From IMG/VR virus record IMGVR_UViG_3300025009_000051, positions 1-64,000 of that record: DNA of 64,000 nucleotides, one strand, 5' to 3'. The notes under the pieces were generated by a model. The model saw only the letters and a list, made by a program, of their open reading frames with translations, did no database searches and was not told where the DNA came from. Below are positions 1 through 9,407 of this stretch, piece by piece (the first letter of the stretch is position 1; each line of letters starts with the position of its first letter). Source of the stretch: a virus. The position numbers and the translations under genes are program-made.

Positions 1-667
1 ATTTAGTAATGTTTTTACTTGTCGAGTGAATATCAATTTCTAAAAACATTTCTGCAACGCTTACTATCGTAACACTACAATCAAACCCACCTCCAGGTTT
101 TAAATTCCAACTAAAATTTGATACCGGCCCTTGCATGGCATCATAATGTCCTCCAGATTGTTTTACATTATCTAAAATATTTTTAATTAATTCCCTATCT
201 GATTTAGGAGGATAATTAGATAAATTAATATCTACATTCTCATTAGAAATTCCTTTGCTCCATCCCCATTCTAATAATAAATGGATACCGCAAGTCATGT
301 ACAATAATTCTAAAGTATTTAATTGTTCTAAATCCCAGCAAGTAAAACTAATTGTGGCTTCTCTGGTAGACCCCATTGCTCCTTTATTTGATACTGAAAC
401 ATCTGTTATACCTGGCATCGGTCTTCCTGAATAACTATCATACATTTCTTGAAACCCACTTCTAATGGTATTGTTTAATGATAACCCACCAAATAAAATC
501 CATTTCTTTCTTAAATTGTCATTATTGTCCACCGATGCCATAGAGGTTAATCTGACCCATGGCTGCTTTTCGCTGAACCATTTGATGTTGTCAGCATCTA
601 AATTGTCTTGTCTTTTAGATAAAGTATTTTTTATTTCTGAATTGACTTCTGATAGGAATAGTCCCAT
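1..667 (-). CDS. Putative baseplate hub/tail-associated protein, runs off window start (partial)
   Basis: Not in the ORF track. Open frame from ATG at 667 (MGLFLSEVNSEIKNTLSKRQ...PWVRLTSMA...RPMPGITDVSVSNKGAMGSTREATISFTCWDLEQLNTLELLYMTCGIHLLLEWGW...FSWNLKPGGGFDCSVTIVS) to the window edge with no stop. Preceded by a TATATTTAT motif and lies next to baseplate genes. Confidence 0.7.
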   Translation of the reverse strand, partial: MGLFLSEVNSEIKNTLSKRQDNLDADNIKWFSEKQPWVRLTSMASVDNNDNLRKKWILFGGLSLNNTIRSGFQEMYDSYSGRPMPGITDVSVSNKGAMGSTREATISFTCWDLEQLNTLELLYMTCGIHLLLEWGWSKGISNENVDINLSNYPPKSDRELIKNILDNVKQSGGHYDAMQGPVSNFSWNLKPGGGFDCSVTIVSVAEMFLEIDIHSTSKNITK

Positions 668-670
668 TTT

Positions 671-692
671 TTATATTTATTAATAAATATAA
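671..692. promoter_or_regulatory. Perfect 22-nt palindrome TTATATTTATTAATAAATATAA made of two back-to-back TATATTTAT putative late promoters
   Basis: Read directly. Lies between divergent genes at 667(-) and 776(+). A similar 20-nt palindrome occurs at 55041-55060. Confidence 0.55.
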
Positions 693-775
693 ATCATTTT
701 TAAATATAATTTTTTTGTTTCATTTATTTTTTGTATAATTTCAATATTTATTTAAACTAACACAATTAAATTAAG

Positions 776-1303
776 ATGAAAAAAATAGTAACCATTTTTG
801 TATTATTCTTTTTACTGAATAATATGCATGCACAAATTCAAAATATCGATAATTCCAAAGATCTCCTAATCTTTCGATTTTATGAACAAGACACTTTATT
901 AATAAATATTGATACTGCATATATATTCAATAAAAGAACTTTTAATTTATACAACAAAGCATACGACGCATACAGAACAAACAAGACCTGCTCCTTATTT
1001 TATGAACCCATTTTACTGGATCTGAATAATCAAATAGCTTTCCACGAATCGGAATATAAAAAACTCAATAAATTATTTGATGAACAACTTATAAGTAATG
1101 AATTTTATTTAGCGGAGTCAAATAAAAATATTGAATTTCTTAAAAATAATAATAGACTTCTCTCAGATAACAATATTAAATTAAACGACGAAATAAAGGC
1201 TCTTAATAAAAGCTATAAATGGAAAATGGTTAAGGTAGGCGCAATTTCTTTTGGGATAGGTTGTACTGCAACCACAATAGCGTGGCTATTATTGAAAAAA
1301 TAA
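776..1303 (+). CDS. Exported coiled-coil protein with N-terminal signal peptide and C-terminal membrane anchor
   Basis: MKKIVTIFVLFFLLNNMHA/Q signal peptide, central coiled coil, hydrophobic C-terminus GAISFGIGCTATTIAWLLLKK. Confidence 0.7.
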   Translation: MKKIVTIFVLFFLLNNMHAQIQNIDNSKDLLIFRFYEQDTLLINIDTAYIFNKRTFNLYNKAYDAYRTNKTCSLFYEPILLDLNNQIAFHESEYKKLNKLFDEQLISNEFYLAESNKNIEFLKNNNRLLSDNNIKLNDEIKALNKSYKWKMVKVGAISFGIGCTATTIAWLLLKK

Positions 1304-1308
1304 AATCT

Positions 1309-1872
1309 TTAATTTAGCCTATCTATAATACCAATAATTAAGGAATCAAAAGATATATTTAAATAATCTTCTAACTTTTCATCTAACTTTTCATCTTCAT
1401 AATAGGTTAAAAGAAATTCAAGGATATTAGAACTAAGAATATATGTATCACCAATATATTCAGATAATTCAATATCTTTATATTTAAATTTGTGCAGTTT
1501 ATTTCTTGATTCTTTAGATAGATTTGCTATTTTCATTTCTATCTTTTGTTCAATCTGTTCTTTATTTTCTTTAATATTATTAATATAAATTATTCTTCTA
1601 AGATAAGATAACAGATTGTATTTGTTATAATTCAAAGTATGTTCTAACAAGGTAATAGCAGCATCTGAAGTTAAATGGTTTTTATATTGATCTATTAACA
1701 TATCCAATTTATATGATATAGCAGATAAAATCGTATTCTGTTTTGCTTTGTCTTTTTTAGATGATTTACCAACAATTATTTCTTTAACAATTAAAAAAGA
1801 TAAAATTAAAACAAGACCAATTATCTTTAACCAGTCATTTTCTATTTCTGTAAAAAAATTCTCGAAGTTCAT
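1309..1872 (-). CDS. Single-pass membrane protein (possible holin-type lysis protein)
   Basis: One N-terminal TM segment (WLKIIGLVLILSFLIV) followed by a soluble helical domain; function inferred only. Confidence 0.55.
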   Translation of the reverse strand: MNFENFFTEIENDWLKIIGLVLILSFLIVKEIIVGKSSKKDKAKQNTILSAISYKLDMLIDQYKNHLTSDAAITLLEHTLNYNKYNLLSYLRRIIYINNIKENKEQIEQKIEMKIANLSKESRNKLHKFKYKDIELSEYIGDTYILSSNILEFLLTYYEDEKLDEKLEDYLNISFDSLIIGIIDRLN

Positions 1873-1880
1873 GTTATGAT

Positions 1881-2246
1881 TTAAAACGTGGTTTGTAATT
1901 TTTTATTTTCTTGTTTTAATTTAATTTTTTCGTCTGTCAAATCTTTTATAATATCATGTAACTCATTCATCTTATTATTTAATTTTAATATTTCTTGTTT
2001 ATAGATTTTATTTTCTTGATATATTAAATCTACTTTATCTTTTAATTCCTTTAATTTTTTGGCGCTATTTTTTTCTATTAATTTACTTAATGTATCACTC
2101 GCAATTATTTTTTCGATATTATTGCAAATAAATAAAGAAATATATTCGTCTAAAGATTTTTCTTTTTTAATTAATTTATTATGAGAATAAAAAATATACA
2201 AGAATGATAAGACTAATCCTATCACCATTAAAATGTCAAACACCAT
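1881..2246 (-). CDS. Membrane-anchored coiled-coil protein
   Basis: N-terminal TM segment, C-terminal heptad-rich coiled coil. Confidence 0.6.
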   Translation of the reverse strand: MVFDILMVIGLVLSFLYIFYSHNKLIKKEKSLDEYISLFICNNIEKIIASDTLSKLIEKNSAKKLKELKDKVDLIYQENKIYKQEILKLNNKMNELHDIIKDLTDEKIKLKQENKKLQTTF

Positions 2247-2255
2247 ATCAATTTA

Positions 2256-2558
2256 TTATAGATTTTTTAAGACGTCATTTTTTATGATTGTATCCGTGTT
2301 CATTGGTATTCGAATTTGTAAATTAGGTTCTACAGACATAGTTCCTTTTCCTAAAAAATTGGCTCTGGCAATATAAACCCATTTGGTTACATCTCCATCA
2401 TAATATTTTTCTGCATATAAATCTAATCTGTCGCCCTGTTTACTTATTATATAAATATCATTTATATCGTACTCGACTTCAGAAAATTTTACTGTAGATA
2501 AATATTCTTTACCAGATTTTGTTTTTAATTTTTTATTATTTGAATACCTATTTATCAT
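2256..2558 (-). CDS. Baseplate wedge protein, LysM-like (T4 gp53/tail X-like)
   Basis: GDRLDLYAEKYYDGDVTKWVYIARAN...LQIRIP motif typical of gp53/LysM-like baseplate proteins. Confidence 0.75.
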   Translation of the reverse strand: MINRYSNNKKLKTKSGKEYLSTVKFSEVEYDINDIYIISKQGDRLDLYAEKYYDGDVTKWVYIARANFLGKGTMSVEPNLQIRIPMNTDTIIKNDVLKNL

Positions 2559-2872
2559 TAAATCAATTCTGTCAATTTAGTTATTTTACTACCATCTGAT
2601 TTAAAATAAAATCTTCTTGCATTTAACATCTTTAATTTTGCATCTATACTGTTAAATAAATTTTGTAATTGTAAACTTGATAATTTATCAAAATCTTCTT
2701 TTACATATATCCTATAAGCAGCAAATGCAGATTCAATAGTTAATTTTTCATGTTCTTCTAAAAGTTCATGTTGATTTTCTAATACTCTTGTTAGAAAATC
2801 TTTCATTTTATTTTGAAATTCTTCTGAAGCTAATATTTCGTTGAGTGATTTTTTTTGATTTTTCATAAACAA
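2558..2872 (-). CDS. Hypothetical protein
   Basis: 104-aa ORF coupled to the gp53-like gene; TATATTTAT motif at 2883-2891. Confidence 0.6.
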   Translation of the reverse strand: MFMKNQKKSLNEILASEEFQNKMKDFLTRVLENQHELLEEHEKLTIESAFAAYRIYVKEDFDKLSSLQLQNLFNSIDAKLKMLNARRFYFKSDGSKITKLTELI

Positions 2873-2905
2873 TTTTTTACTAATAAATATAAAAATATTT
2901 TTTTT

Positions 2906-4717
2906 TTAAAATTTATTTAGATTTACATTTTTGATTTTTGATTCTCCTTCTTTGAATTCAAATTCATTTTCTTTATCAAAATTTTCTTTTTCTGATTTTT
3001 CTGAGTTAAATGAAGTTTGGCTTGAATCTGTAGTATTAAAATTATTCCAATGGCTACTCGCAATATAAATATTTTTAGAGTTGGGTGATTTATTACCAAT
3101 TACATCAAATGATATTGTCACTTTCACAATCATAGGTAATTCCATAATAATATCCCAAGGATAATTTGCATCTATATCATATGATAAACTTGTTATAACC
3201 ACCGGCAAAGTATTTGTTTTAGAATTATCTGATAATAAATTTCCTAATTTTAAATCTACAACTTTACCATTCATTAATCCACTATCACTTATATCAGGAG
3301 AAACAAGTTGAGCTAATCTATTCAATTTTAAATAAATTCCTCTCATTTCTTTTTCTGATGTAGCTGCAACAATAAAATTAAAATTAATTGTTCTTTTTAA
3401 TCCTTCATATACCTTTACATCATCTGCTCTTCCTATATATTTTGTATCTGTCCAAGAAGGGTCAAAACTATAAGTCAAACCTTCAATAGTACATCTGAAT
3501 TGAATACCTCCAATAATTAATTTAACAAAATCTTGACTATCGTCTACTCCATCTAAACCTTTATCTACATTACCATATATCACATCTGTATCACCAGAAC
3601 CAACTTCTGGAATTCCTAATCTTTTAAAATAATTCCAATTCTCATTATAAGTTAAATTGCTATCATATGTAGAATAGACAGTTTGAAATTTATCTACAAA
3701 ATTATCTTTAAATTTTTTGGATTCAAAATTATTCCATTTCTTTTCTGCCATTTCTGATAATGATTGATATGTATTATAACCTTGCAAATTTTGAATTGTC
3801 ATTGTCTCTCCGCCCGCAACAGACGAAAATCCAGGTTGTTCACCTCCTGCTACATATAATCTATCATATACAGAATATTTTTTAGAACTTTCATCTTCTA
3901 GATATATTACATCACCATTATCCAAATGTTGTTCGGCCTGATTAATTGGCTCGGCAGTTCTAATAAGAGTTGTTCCCAATCCATAAATAGATTTAGGTCC
4001 ACCAAATCCAGAAATAGTTTTTAAAGTTCTATCAGTTGCAATAAAAGAAATAAATTTATTTTGTGGGATTAATTTTAATAATTCATCTAACCCACCTTGA
4101 GCTTTTATTTTTTTTAAAAATGAATTATTTTCTTTAGAATTTTGTGCTTCTGCAACTCCTCCCATTTCTTCTGCTTTGTCGTATCCTCTTTCACGATATA
4201 CTTGAAGTAATCTATTTTGAAGTTTATAATTATCATCATTATTATTTATTTTCATTATATCATAATAATTCCCATCTGAAATTAATCCATGATTTTCTAT
4301 ATGTAATCCTATGGATTTTCCGGCTACATTCATTAAAAACTTTGCGGGATTATATATTCTTCTTTCATTTGCTAATCCTAATAATGTTTCAGATTTTGGA
4401 TTCATTAAATATAATCCTGCTTGCTTAGTATTAAATAATAATCCGGTAGGAGATTTCATAAAATTACCAATTCTTTTAATGTCTGCTATTTCCCTATCTA
4501 AAAATACAGATGTACCCGCAACTTGAAAATCTAATAAACTTTTTTTTGAGTTACCCCAATATTTTCCTTTTTCTCTCAACTCAGGTAATCCGGTAGTATC
4601 ATATGAATAATCTATTTTTGATGCATCAATAGGAGTTTTATTAGACTCAGATTTTGTAGTATTTAAATCAGATTCTAAAAAAATATCTAAAAGAGGTTTA
4701 TTTTTGAATAATGCCAT
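2906..4717 (-). CDS. Baseplate/tail-tube initiator-like structural protein
   Basis: C-terminal tube-fold segment IQFRCTIEGLTYSFDPSWTDTKYIGRADDVKVYEGLKRTINFNFIVAA...PVVITSLSYDID..PW; structural-gene context. Confidence 0.65.
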   Translation of the reverse strand: MALFKNKPLLDIFLESDLNTTKSESNKTPIDASKIDYSYDTTGLPELREKGKYWGNSKKSLLDFQVAGTSVFLDREIADIKRIGNFMKSPTGLLFNTKQAGLYLMNPKSETLLGLANERRIYNPAKFLMNVAGKSIGLHIENHGLISDGNYYDIMKINNNDDNYKLQNRLLQVYRERGYDKAEEMGGVAEAQNSKENNSFLKKIKAQGGLDELLKLIPQNKFISFIATDRTLKTISGFGGPKSIYGLGTTLIRTAEPINQAEQHLDNGDVIYLEDESSKKYSVYDRLYVAGGEQPGFSSVAGGETMTIQNLQGYNTYQSLSEMAEKKWNNFESKKFKDNFVDKFQTVYSTYDSNLTYNENWNYFKRLGIPEVGSGDTDVIYGNVDKGLDGVDDSQDFVKLIIGGIQFRCTIEGLTYSFDPSWTDTKYIGRADDVKVYEGLKRTINFNFIVAATSEKEMRGIYLKLNRLAQLVSPDISDSGLMNGKVVDLKLGNLLSDNSKTNTLPVVITSLSYDIDANYPWDIIMELPMIVKVTISFDVIGNKSPNSKNIYIASSHWNNFNTTDSSQTSFNSEKSEKENFDKENEFEFKEGESKIKNVNLNKF

Positions 4718-4736
4718 TTTTTATTATGTGTTTATA

Positions 4737-4763
4737 ATAAATATAAAACATGGTTATATTTAT
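4737..4763. promoter_or_regulatory. Divergent pair of TATATTTAT putative late promoters (4737-4745 on -, 4755-4763 on +)
   Basis: Each copy lies 17-19 nt upstream of the ATG of a large structural gene; the same motif precedes many other genes. Confidence 0.6.
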
Positions 4764-4780
4764 TTAAAAAATAGAATTAT

Positions 4781-7624
4781 ATGAGTAACTTTGTACCAAT
4801 AGGAAGAAAAAAAATATTCAAACAAAATTTAATAGAATTTCAAACAAAAATAGTTGACAGTTCTATAAATTCTAAAAATTATTTTAATGTTGAGTTTCCT
4901 TCTATTTTAAAAGCAGGAAAAAATTTAATTAAATTAAAACCTACTGGTAGCATCAACGCAGATAAAATATTAATAGAAATTTTAGATTCTAATAATAACC
5001 CAATAGTATATGAATTTTCTGAATATAAAGATAAAGATAATGCAATATTAATTAACGCCATTATTTATCCAGAAACAGCAAACGGAATCGGATCTATAAC
5101 ATTAATAGGAGTTGCTTCTATTGATTTAATAACTTTTTTACCTATAACAAATTTAAATGATTATAATATTAAATGGAGTTCAGAAATTGAAATAAATAAA
5201 TATTCTATAACCGAATCTACAATTATATTTGATGAATATCCAGAAATTACAATAAATAAAAATTTTGTGCCCTATAATAATTTAGATTTTATTTCTGGTA
5301 GAAATGTTACAATATCAGGATCTATAGACGAATATTATTATTTGCCTTCTATGAAACTGACAACAGAAAACGAATTTGATATAAAAAGAAAATCTTTAGC
5401 TTCAGATTCATCTCAATCTACAATTTCAGAGAATGCACAAATTAATTTAGATAATGTTGAAAATATTGAAATAAAATTTGTACAGAAAAAAGATACAAGA
5501 ATAGTTGCACCAAATGGGTTTGCATTTGAAGAATTTAAAAGACCGGTGGTATCTATAGACGGTACTTTTGGATATACCTTTACAAAAGAAATGATTGGAG
5601 CCGAAATAACTATTTCAAATATCACACAACCATCTTTACCTGCAAATCATTATTTTAGTTCAAGTATAGATTTAAATTATGAAACTACAATTACCAGAGT
5701 ATTAAATTCTACCACTATAGAATTAGCCGAGCCATTTGTGAGAAGAATATATAAATTGAACTCAACTACAAATAAAAAATTATATTCAAATTATGTATTT
5801 CATTCTTTTTCTGGTGGGACTGCTACAATTGTTTATAATGGTGAACCTACGTACACTGCGAGCGAATATTATAATAATAATGCAAGCATAAATATACAAA
5901 CATTAAATCCGTTTTCTGGATTAATTGATAAAATTAAAATATATGAAAAAAGCTCGGCTGCTCAAGTACCATATAAATTAATCCATGAAGAAGAAATTTT
6001 AAGTAAGAATATATTCATAGATAGCAATAATATTATTCCGGATTATAGTGTCGGCGATTTTAAAAGTTTGGCTCACTTCAATACATATTGGGATTATAGT
6101 GGAAGTGGGCCTGTAGACCCAACATCAAATGCATATCTTTTAAATTCGATTTATTTATATAAATCAAGAATATTGCCCAAGACAGGTATAAATGTATATG
6201 CAAATCATAAATATCAAATAATTTTTAATTTGATAGGAAGCAATGAAACAAATGAGGATAATTTAGATGTAGATGCCACCGGAACTTGTGTAAATTCTAC
6301 AACGAATATTGCAACAATAACAATATCAGAAGATAAAGAATTAAAATATAATAATCTTTCATTTTTATTTGAACCAGAAAAAGACGGTACCTTTTTTATT
6401 AATTTTAATACTTCTTCTGGATTTTGGTATATTTCAGATGTGAGAATTTTATCATTTGCTGAATATGGGTTTAATCCTAAACTATACAATTTTAAAATTC
6501 CAATTAATCCTTTATGGCCAAATGAAATTGTAAATTTTAAATTTGAATTTTATAATTCTAAAAACGAAAAATCTAATCAATTTGTAGAAATAAAGAATAT
6601 TATATTTGATTCATATACTCCAACTATAATCGCTGGGGATTATAATTTGCTTTCGGGCAGTTTAAAATTTGGATCCATTTCAGATGTGGGCATTGAATTA
6701 TTTGGTTCCGCAACCGGATCATATATTAAATCAAAAGGATACGAGGGTCAAGCCGGAACTGTTCCGGGTTTCATGCTATGGTCAGGCTCCGTTTCTGCGG
6801 GCAGCGAGTCCTATTCTGATGTAGGTATTGAAATATATGTATCAGACACAAAAAAAATTGTATTATCATCAGATCCTTTGAAAGAAGATATTGTGCAAGT
6901 TGAATCTGGATCTTTTAATAGCAGTGATTTTTTATTTGGAGATTCAACAAAAGCTCTCGGATTTATCAGTGGAAGTAATGGAACAGTAGAAGCAAGAATT
7001 TATAAAAGCGGTAGTTATCAAGATTCTATTTTTCATATAACTGCATTTAATGATATGTATCCGGCAGATCAAGAACCATTGATATATATAGATGTTAGAT
7101 CATCTGCTGCTTATCATTTAACTGGTATGTATTTACAAGTGATAAACACTCGTGGTACAGGTTCTTCTTATAATTATGGATTAGATAATTATACATCTGC
7201 AGGATCTGGGGACGTTAGAGGAGTTAATATAGATGCATCGGCGAATGGTTCTGGAGACAATGCATATGGTATTTATAGCAAAGGTAGAACAGGAAGCAAT
7301 GGATATGCATATGGAGGATATTTTATAGGACAAGTAACAAATTCTACACTATATAAACCGTTTGGTATTTATGCATCTGCAGTAGATACTGTAGGAACTT
7401 CTACCGGATATGCAGGGTATTTTGATGATGGAGATGTATATATAGCAAATAATGTTGAAATACAAGGTAGTATGGACATCGAAAGTAATATAATTTGTAG
7501 TGGTTCGGTCGATTCTTATTTAGGTTTTGCTTGTGCGGGATATTCTGGTATTACATCTACATTTGAAGATAATATTGGTAGAACTGTTAGAATTAGGGGC
7601 GGAATAATTTATGATATTACATAA
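4781..7624 (+). CDS. Large virion structural protein (baseplate/tail fibre-like)
   Basis: 947 aa, beta-rich; C-terminal Gly/Tyr repeats (AYGIYSKG, AYGGYFIG, PFGIYASA, GYAGYFD) typical of fibre beta-helices. Confidence 0.6.
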   Translation: MSNFVPIGRKKIFKQNLIEFQTKIVDSSINSKNYFNVEFPSILKAGKNLIKLKPTGSINADKILIEILDSNNNPIVYEFSEYKDKDNAILINAIIYPETANGIGSITLIGVASIDLITFLPITNLNDYNIKWSSEIEINKYSITESTIIFDEYPEITINKNFVPYNNLDFISGRNVTISGSIDEYYYLPSMKLTTENEFDIKRKSLASDSSQSTISENAQINLDNVENIEIKFVQKKDTRIVAPNGFAFEEFKRPVVSIDGTFGYTFTKEMIGAEITISNITQPSLPANHYFSSSIDLNYETTITRVLNSTTIELAEPFVRRIYKLNSTTNKKLYSNYVFHSFSGGTATIVYNGEPTYTASEYYNNNASINIQTLNPFSGLIDKIKIYEKSSAAQVPYKLIHEEEILSKNIFIDSNNIIPDYSVGDFKSLAHFNTYWDYSGSGPVDPTSNAYLLNSIYLYKSRILPKTGINVYANHKYQIIFNLIGSNETNEDNLDVDATGTCVNSTTNIATITISEDKELKYNNLSFLFEPEKDGTFFINFNTSSGFWYISDVRILSFAEYGFNPKLYNFKIPINPLWPNEIVNFKFEFYNSKNEKSNQFVEIKNIIFDSYTPTIIAGDYNLLSGSLKFGSISDVGIELFGSATGSYIKSKGYEGQAGTVPGFMLWSGSVSAGSESYSDVGIEIYVSDTKKIVLSSDPLKEDIVQVESGSFNSSDFLFGDSTKALGFISGSNGTVEARIYKSGSYQDSIFHITAFNDMYPADQEPLIYIDVRSSAAYHLTGMYLQVINTRGTGSSYNYGLDNYTSAGSGDVRGVNIDASANGSGDNAYGIYSKGRTGSNGYAYGGYFIGQVTNSTLYKPFGIYASAVDTVGTSTGYAGYFDDGDVYIANNVEIQGSMDIESNIICSGSVDSYLGFACAGYSGITSTFEDNIGRTVRIRGGIIYDIT

Positions 7625-7641
7625 AAATAAATTAAAATAAA

Positions 7642-7673
7642 TTTGTTTAATTCATTTATTCGTTGTATATTTG
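7642..7673 (+). promoter_or_regulatory. Bacteroidota sigma70-type early promoter TTTG-N20-TATATTTG
   Basis: Matches the -33 TTTG / -7 TAnnTTTG consensus; embedded in a repeated about 70-nt cassette. Confidence 0.8.
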
Positions 7674-7702
7674 TAATATAAAAACAATTAAATATATTAA
7701 CA

Positions 7703-8623
7703 ATGAAAACAAAACTTTTTTTAATTTTAATGATATTTGTTCAAGTAACTTTTGGACAATTGCAAATTCAAAATTTGAGTTGGGAGTATGAAGATGAACA
7801 ATTAAATGTTAATATGTCTGTTTCAGATCCTATTAATAATTTTAAGCCTTATTTAGTAATGTATCATTCATACAACGAAATTTTAGATGGTGGGGATATT
7901 ATGATGACATCATTTAATACTGGGTCTAACACAATTTTAACTTCTGGTGAGACATTTTTGTTTAATATATCTGAAGAAATTGAATGGCCACTAATAGAAT
8001 ATATAATATTTCAATTGGGGAGTTCAGTAGATCCGACCGGACCAAGTGATACAATAGCAATAAAAATTTTCAAAAAAAGAGGAACAGTATATGTTTCAGA
8101 TATAAATATAACAGTCAACAATGATATAATTCAATTTAATTATGATTATCAAAATCAAACTACAAATCATCTGACATTTAATCATTTAGTTTATTTATCA
8201 AATGATAGTATTCTATCGGAAGAAGATGAATTGTTATTTAATGAAGAAGAAGAAATAGGCATTGGCGAAACTGAAACTATTAATTCAAATGTTACTGCAA
8301 ATGTAACAAATAAATATTTAATATTTGAAATGAAATATTCATTAAATGATCCTTATTATTGTGATAAAAAATACATTTATTTTGGACAAACAGAAATAGA
8401 AGAAATTCAAATTTCTAAAATATATCCAAATCCAACCAAAGATATCATTAATATTCCTACTGAAATAAATAAAGTATTGATATTTGATATAACAGGTAAA
8501 TTAATTCAATCAGTAACTAATACAAATCAAATAAATTTAATTGATTATACTTCTGGGGTATATTTTGTAAAAGGATATAAAGATGATGTATTATTAACTG
8601 AAGAAAAAATTATAAAACTTTAA
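7703..8623 (+). CDS. Secreted protein with T9SS (Por) type A C-terminal sorting domain
   Basis: Signal peptide ending TFG/Q; Ig/CARDB-like YLSNDSILSEEDELL; CTD IYPNPTKDIINI...IFDITGKLI...INLIDYTSGVYFVK...KIIKL. Confidence 0.85.
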   Translation: MKTKLFLILMIFVQVTFGQLQIQNLSWEYEDEQLNVNMSVSDPINNFKPYLVMYHSYNEILDGGDIMMTSFNTGSNTILTSGETFLFNISEEIEWPLIEYIIFQLGSSVDPTGPSDTIAIKIFKKRGTVYVSDINITVNNDIIQFNYDYQNQTTNHLTFNHLVYLSNDSILSEEDELLFNEEEEIGIGETETINSNVTANVTNKYLIFEMKYSLNDPYYCDKKYIYFGQTEIEEIQISKIYPNPTKDIINIPTEINKVLIFDITGKLIQSVTNTNQINLIDYTSGVYFVKGYKDDVLLTEEKIIKL

Positions 8624-8956
8624 CTAATATAACAATTTAATTCGAAGTTATTTCCAACATCGTTGCCTCGATTAAATATTTGAATGTGAAGGGCCTTATT
8701 TTTTAAGGCTTTTCCATTTTTTTGTCAACAATATCATATATCTATTAGTTTTACCTTCAGAAGGTTTCTTTGGCCCCATTCCTATTTTTTGAGCAGTTTC
8801 TTCATCATCATATTCATACCCTTGTTTCTTAGCATACTCTAATGCAGCGTTTATAGCAGAAGTAAATGATGAATGATATAGAGGATATTTTTCTTCTTTT
8901 AAAACTTGTTTGATTAAATCTTTTATTTCTGTCAAGGTGATTTTAGAATTTGCCAT
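8620..8956 (-). pseudogene. Small head-type protein gene with an apparent 1-nt frameshift in an A7 run (8717-8723)
   Basis: Removing one A extends the 86-aa ORF (LTKNGKALKNKALHIQIFNRGNDVGNNFELNCYIS*) to a stop at 8620-8622 that overlaps the stop of the convergent gene. Could be an assembly error. Confidence 0.6.
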
Positions 8957-9015
8957 AGTTATTTTTTTAAATAAATATAAAAAATATTTTTTTATTTTAA
9001 ATTAATTTTGTAAAT

Positions 9016-9324
9016 TTGTATAATGAATTAATAAATAAAATAATCATGAATATAAAACTAAATTCCAACGAACAAATAAGAATTGAAACTTCTTATACAA
9101 GAATAGACAATAATTTTATAAATATTACTTCTTTAAATGATTGTATTGGATTAAGAATTACCAATTGGTCTAATATAAGACAATATACCGAAATCAGAAA
9201 AAAAGATAATCAAATAGCAATGTTCATTTTTAAGAAAAAAAGAGATAAAAAATATGCTAATTTGGGTTGGTGGGAAGATGCTGAAGTAGTATATAGCTGC
9301 AACGAAGTTAAACTCGAAGAATAA
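9016..9324 (+). CDS. Hypothetical protein
   Basis: ORF track; TAAATTTG promoter-like motif upstream; start may be the internal Met at about 9046. Confidence 0.55.
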   Translation: MYNELINKIIMNIKLNSNEQIRIETSYTRIDNNFINITSLNDCIGLRITNWSNIRQYTEIRKKDNQIAMFIFKKKRDKKYANLGWWEDAEVVYSCNEVKLEE

Positions 9325-9407
9325 ATTTGAAAAAATTATTAAAATAAATTAAAAATAATTTTTTTATATTAAAATAAGTTGTATATTTGTATAGTAAAAT
9401 AAAAAAA

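Noticed and set aside
465-683. ORF-track 72-aa plus-strand ORF
   Set aside because: Shadow of the real minus-strand gene 667..<1.
4144-6489. Short opposite-strand ORFs inside structural genes (4144, 4311, 4879, 5413, 6214); similar ones occur throughout the window
   Set aside because: Fully nested antisense to well-supported genes, with low-complexity F/L/I-rich translations.
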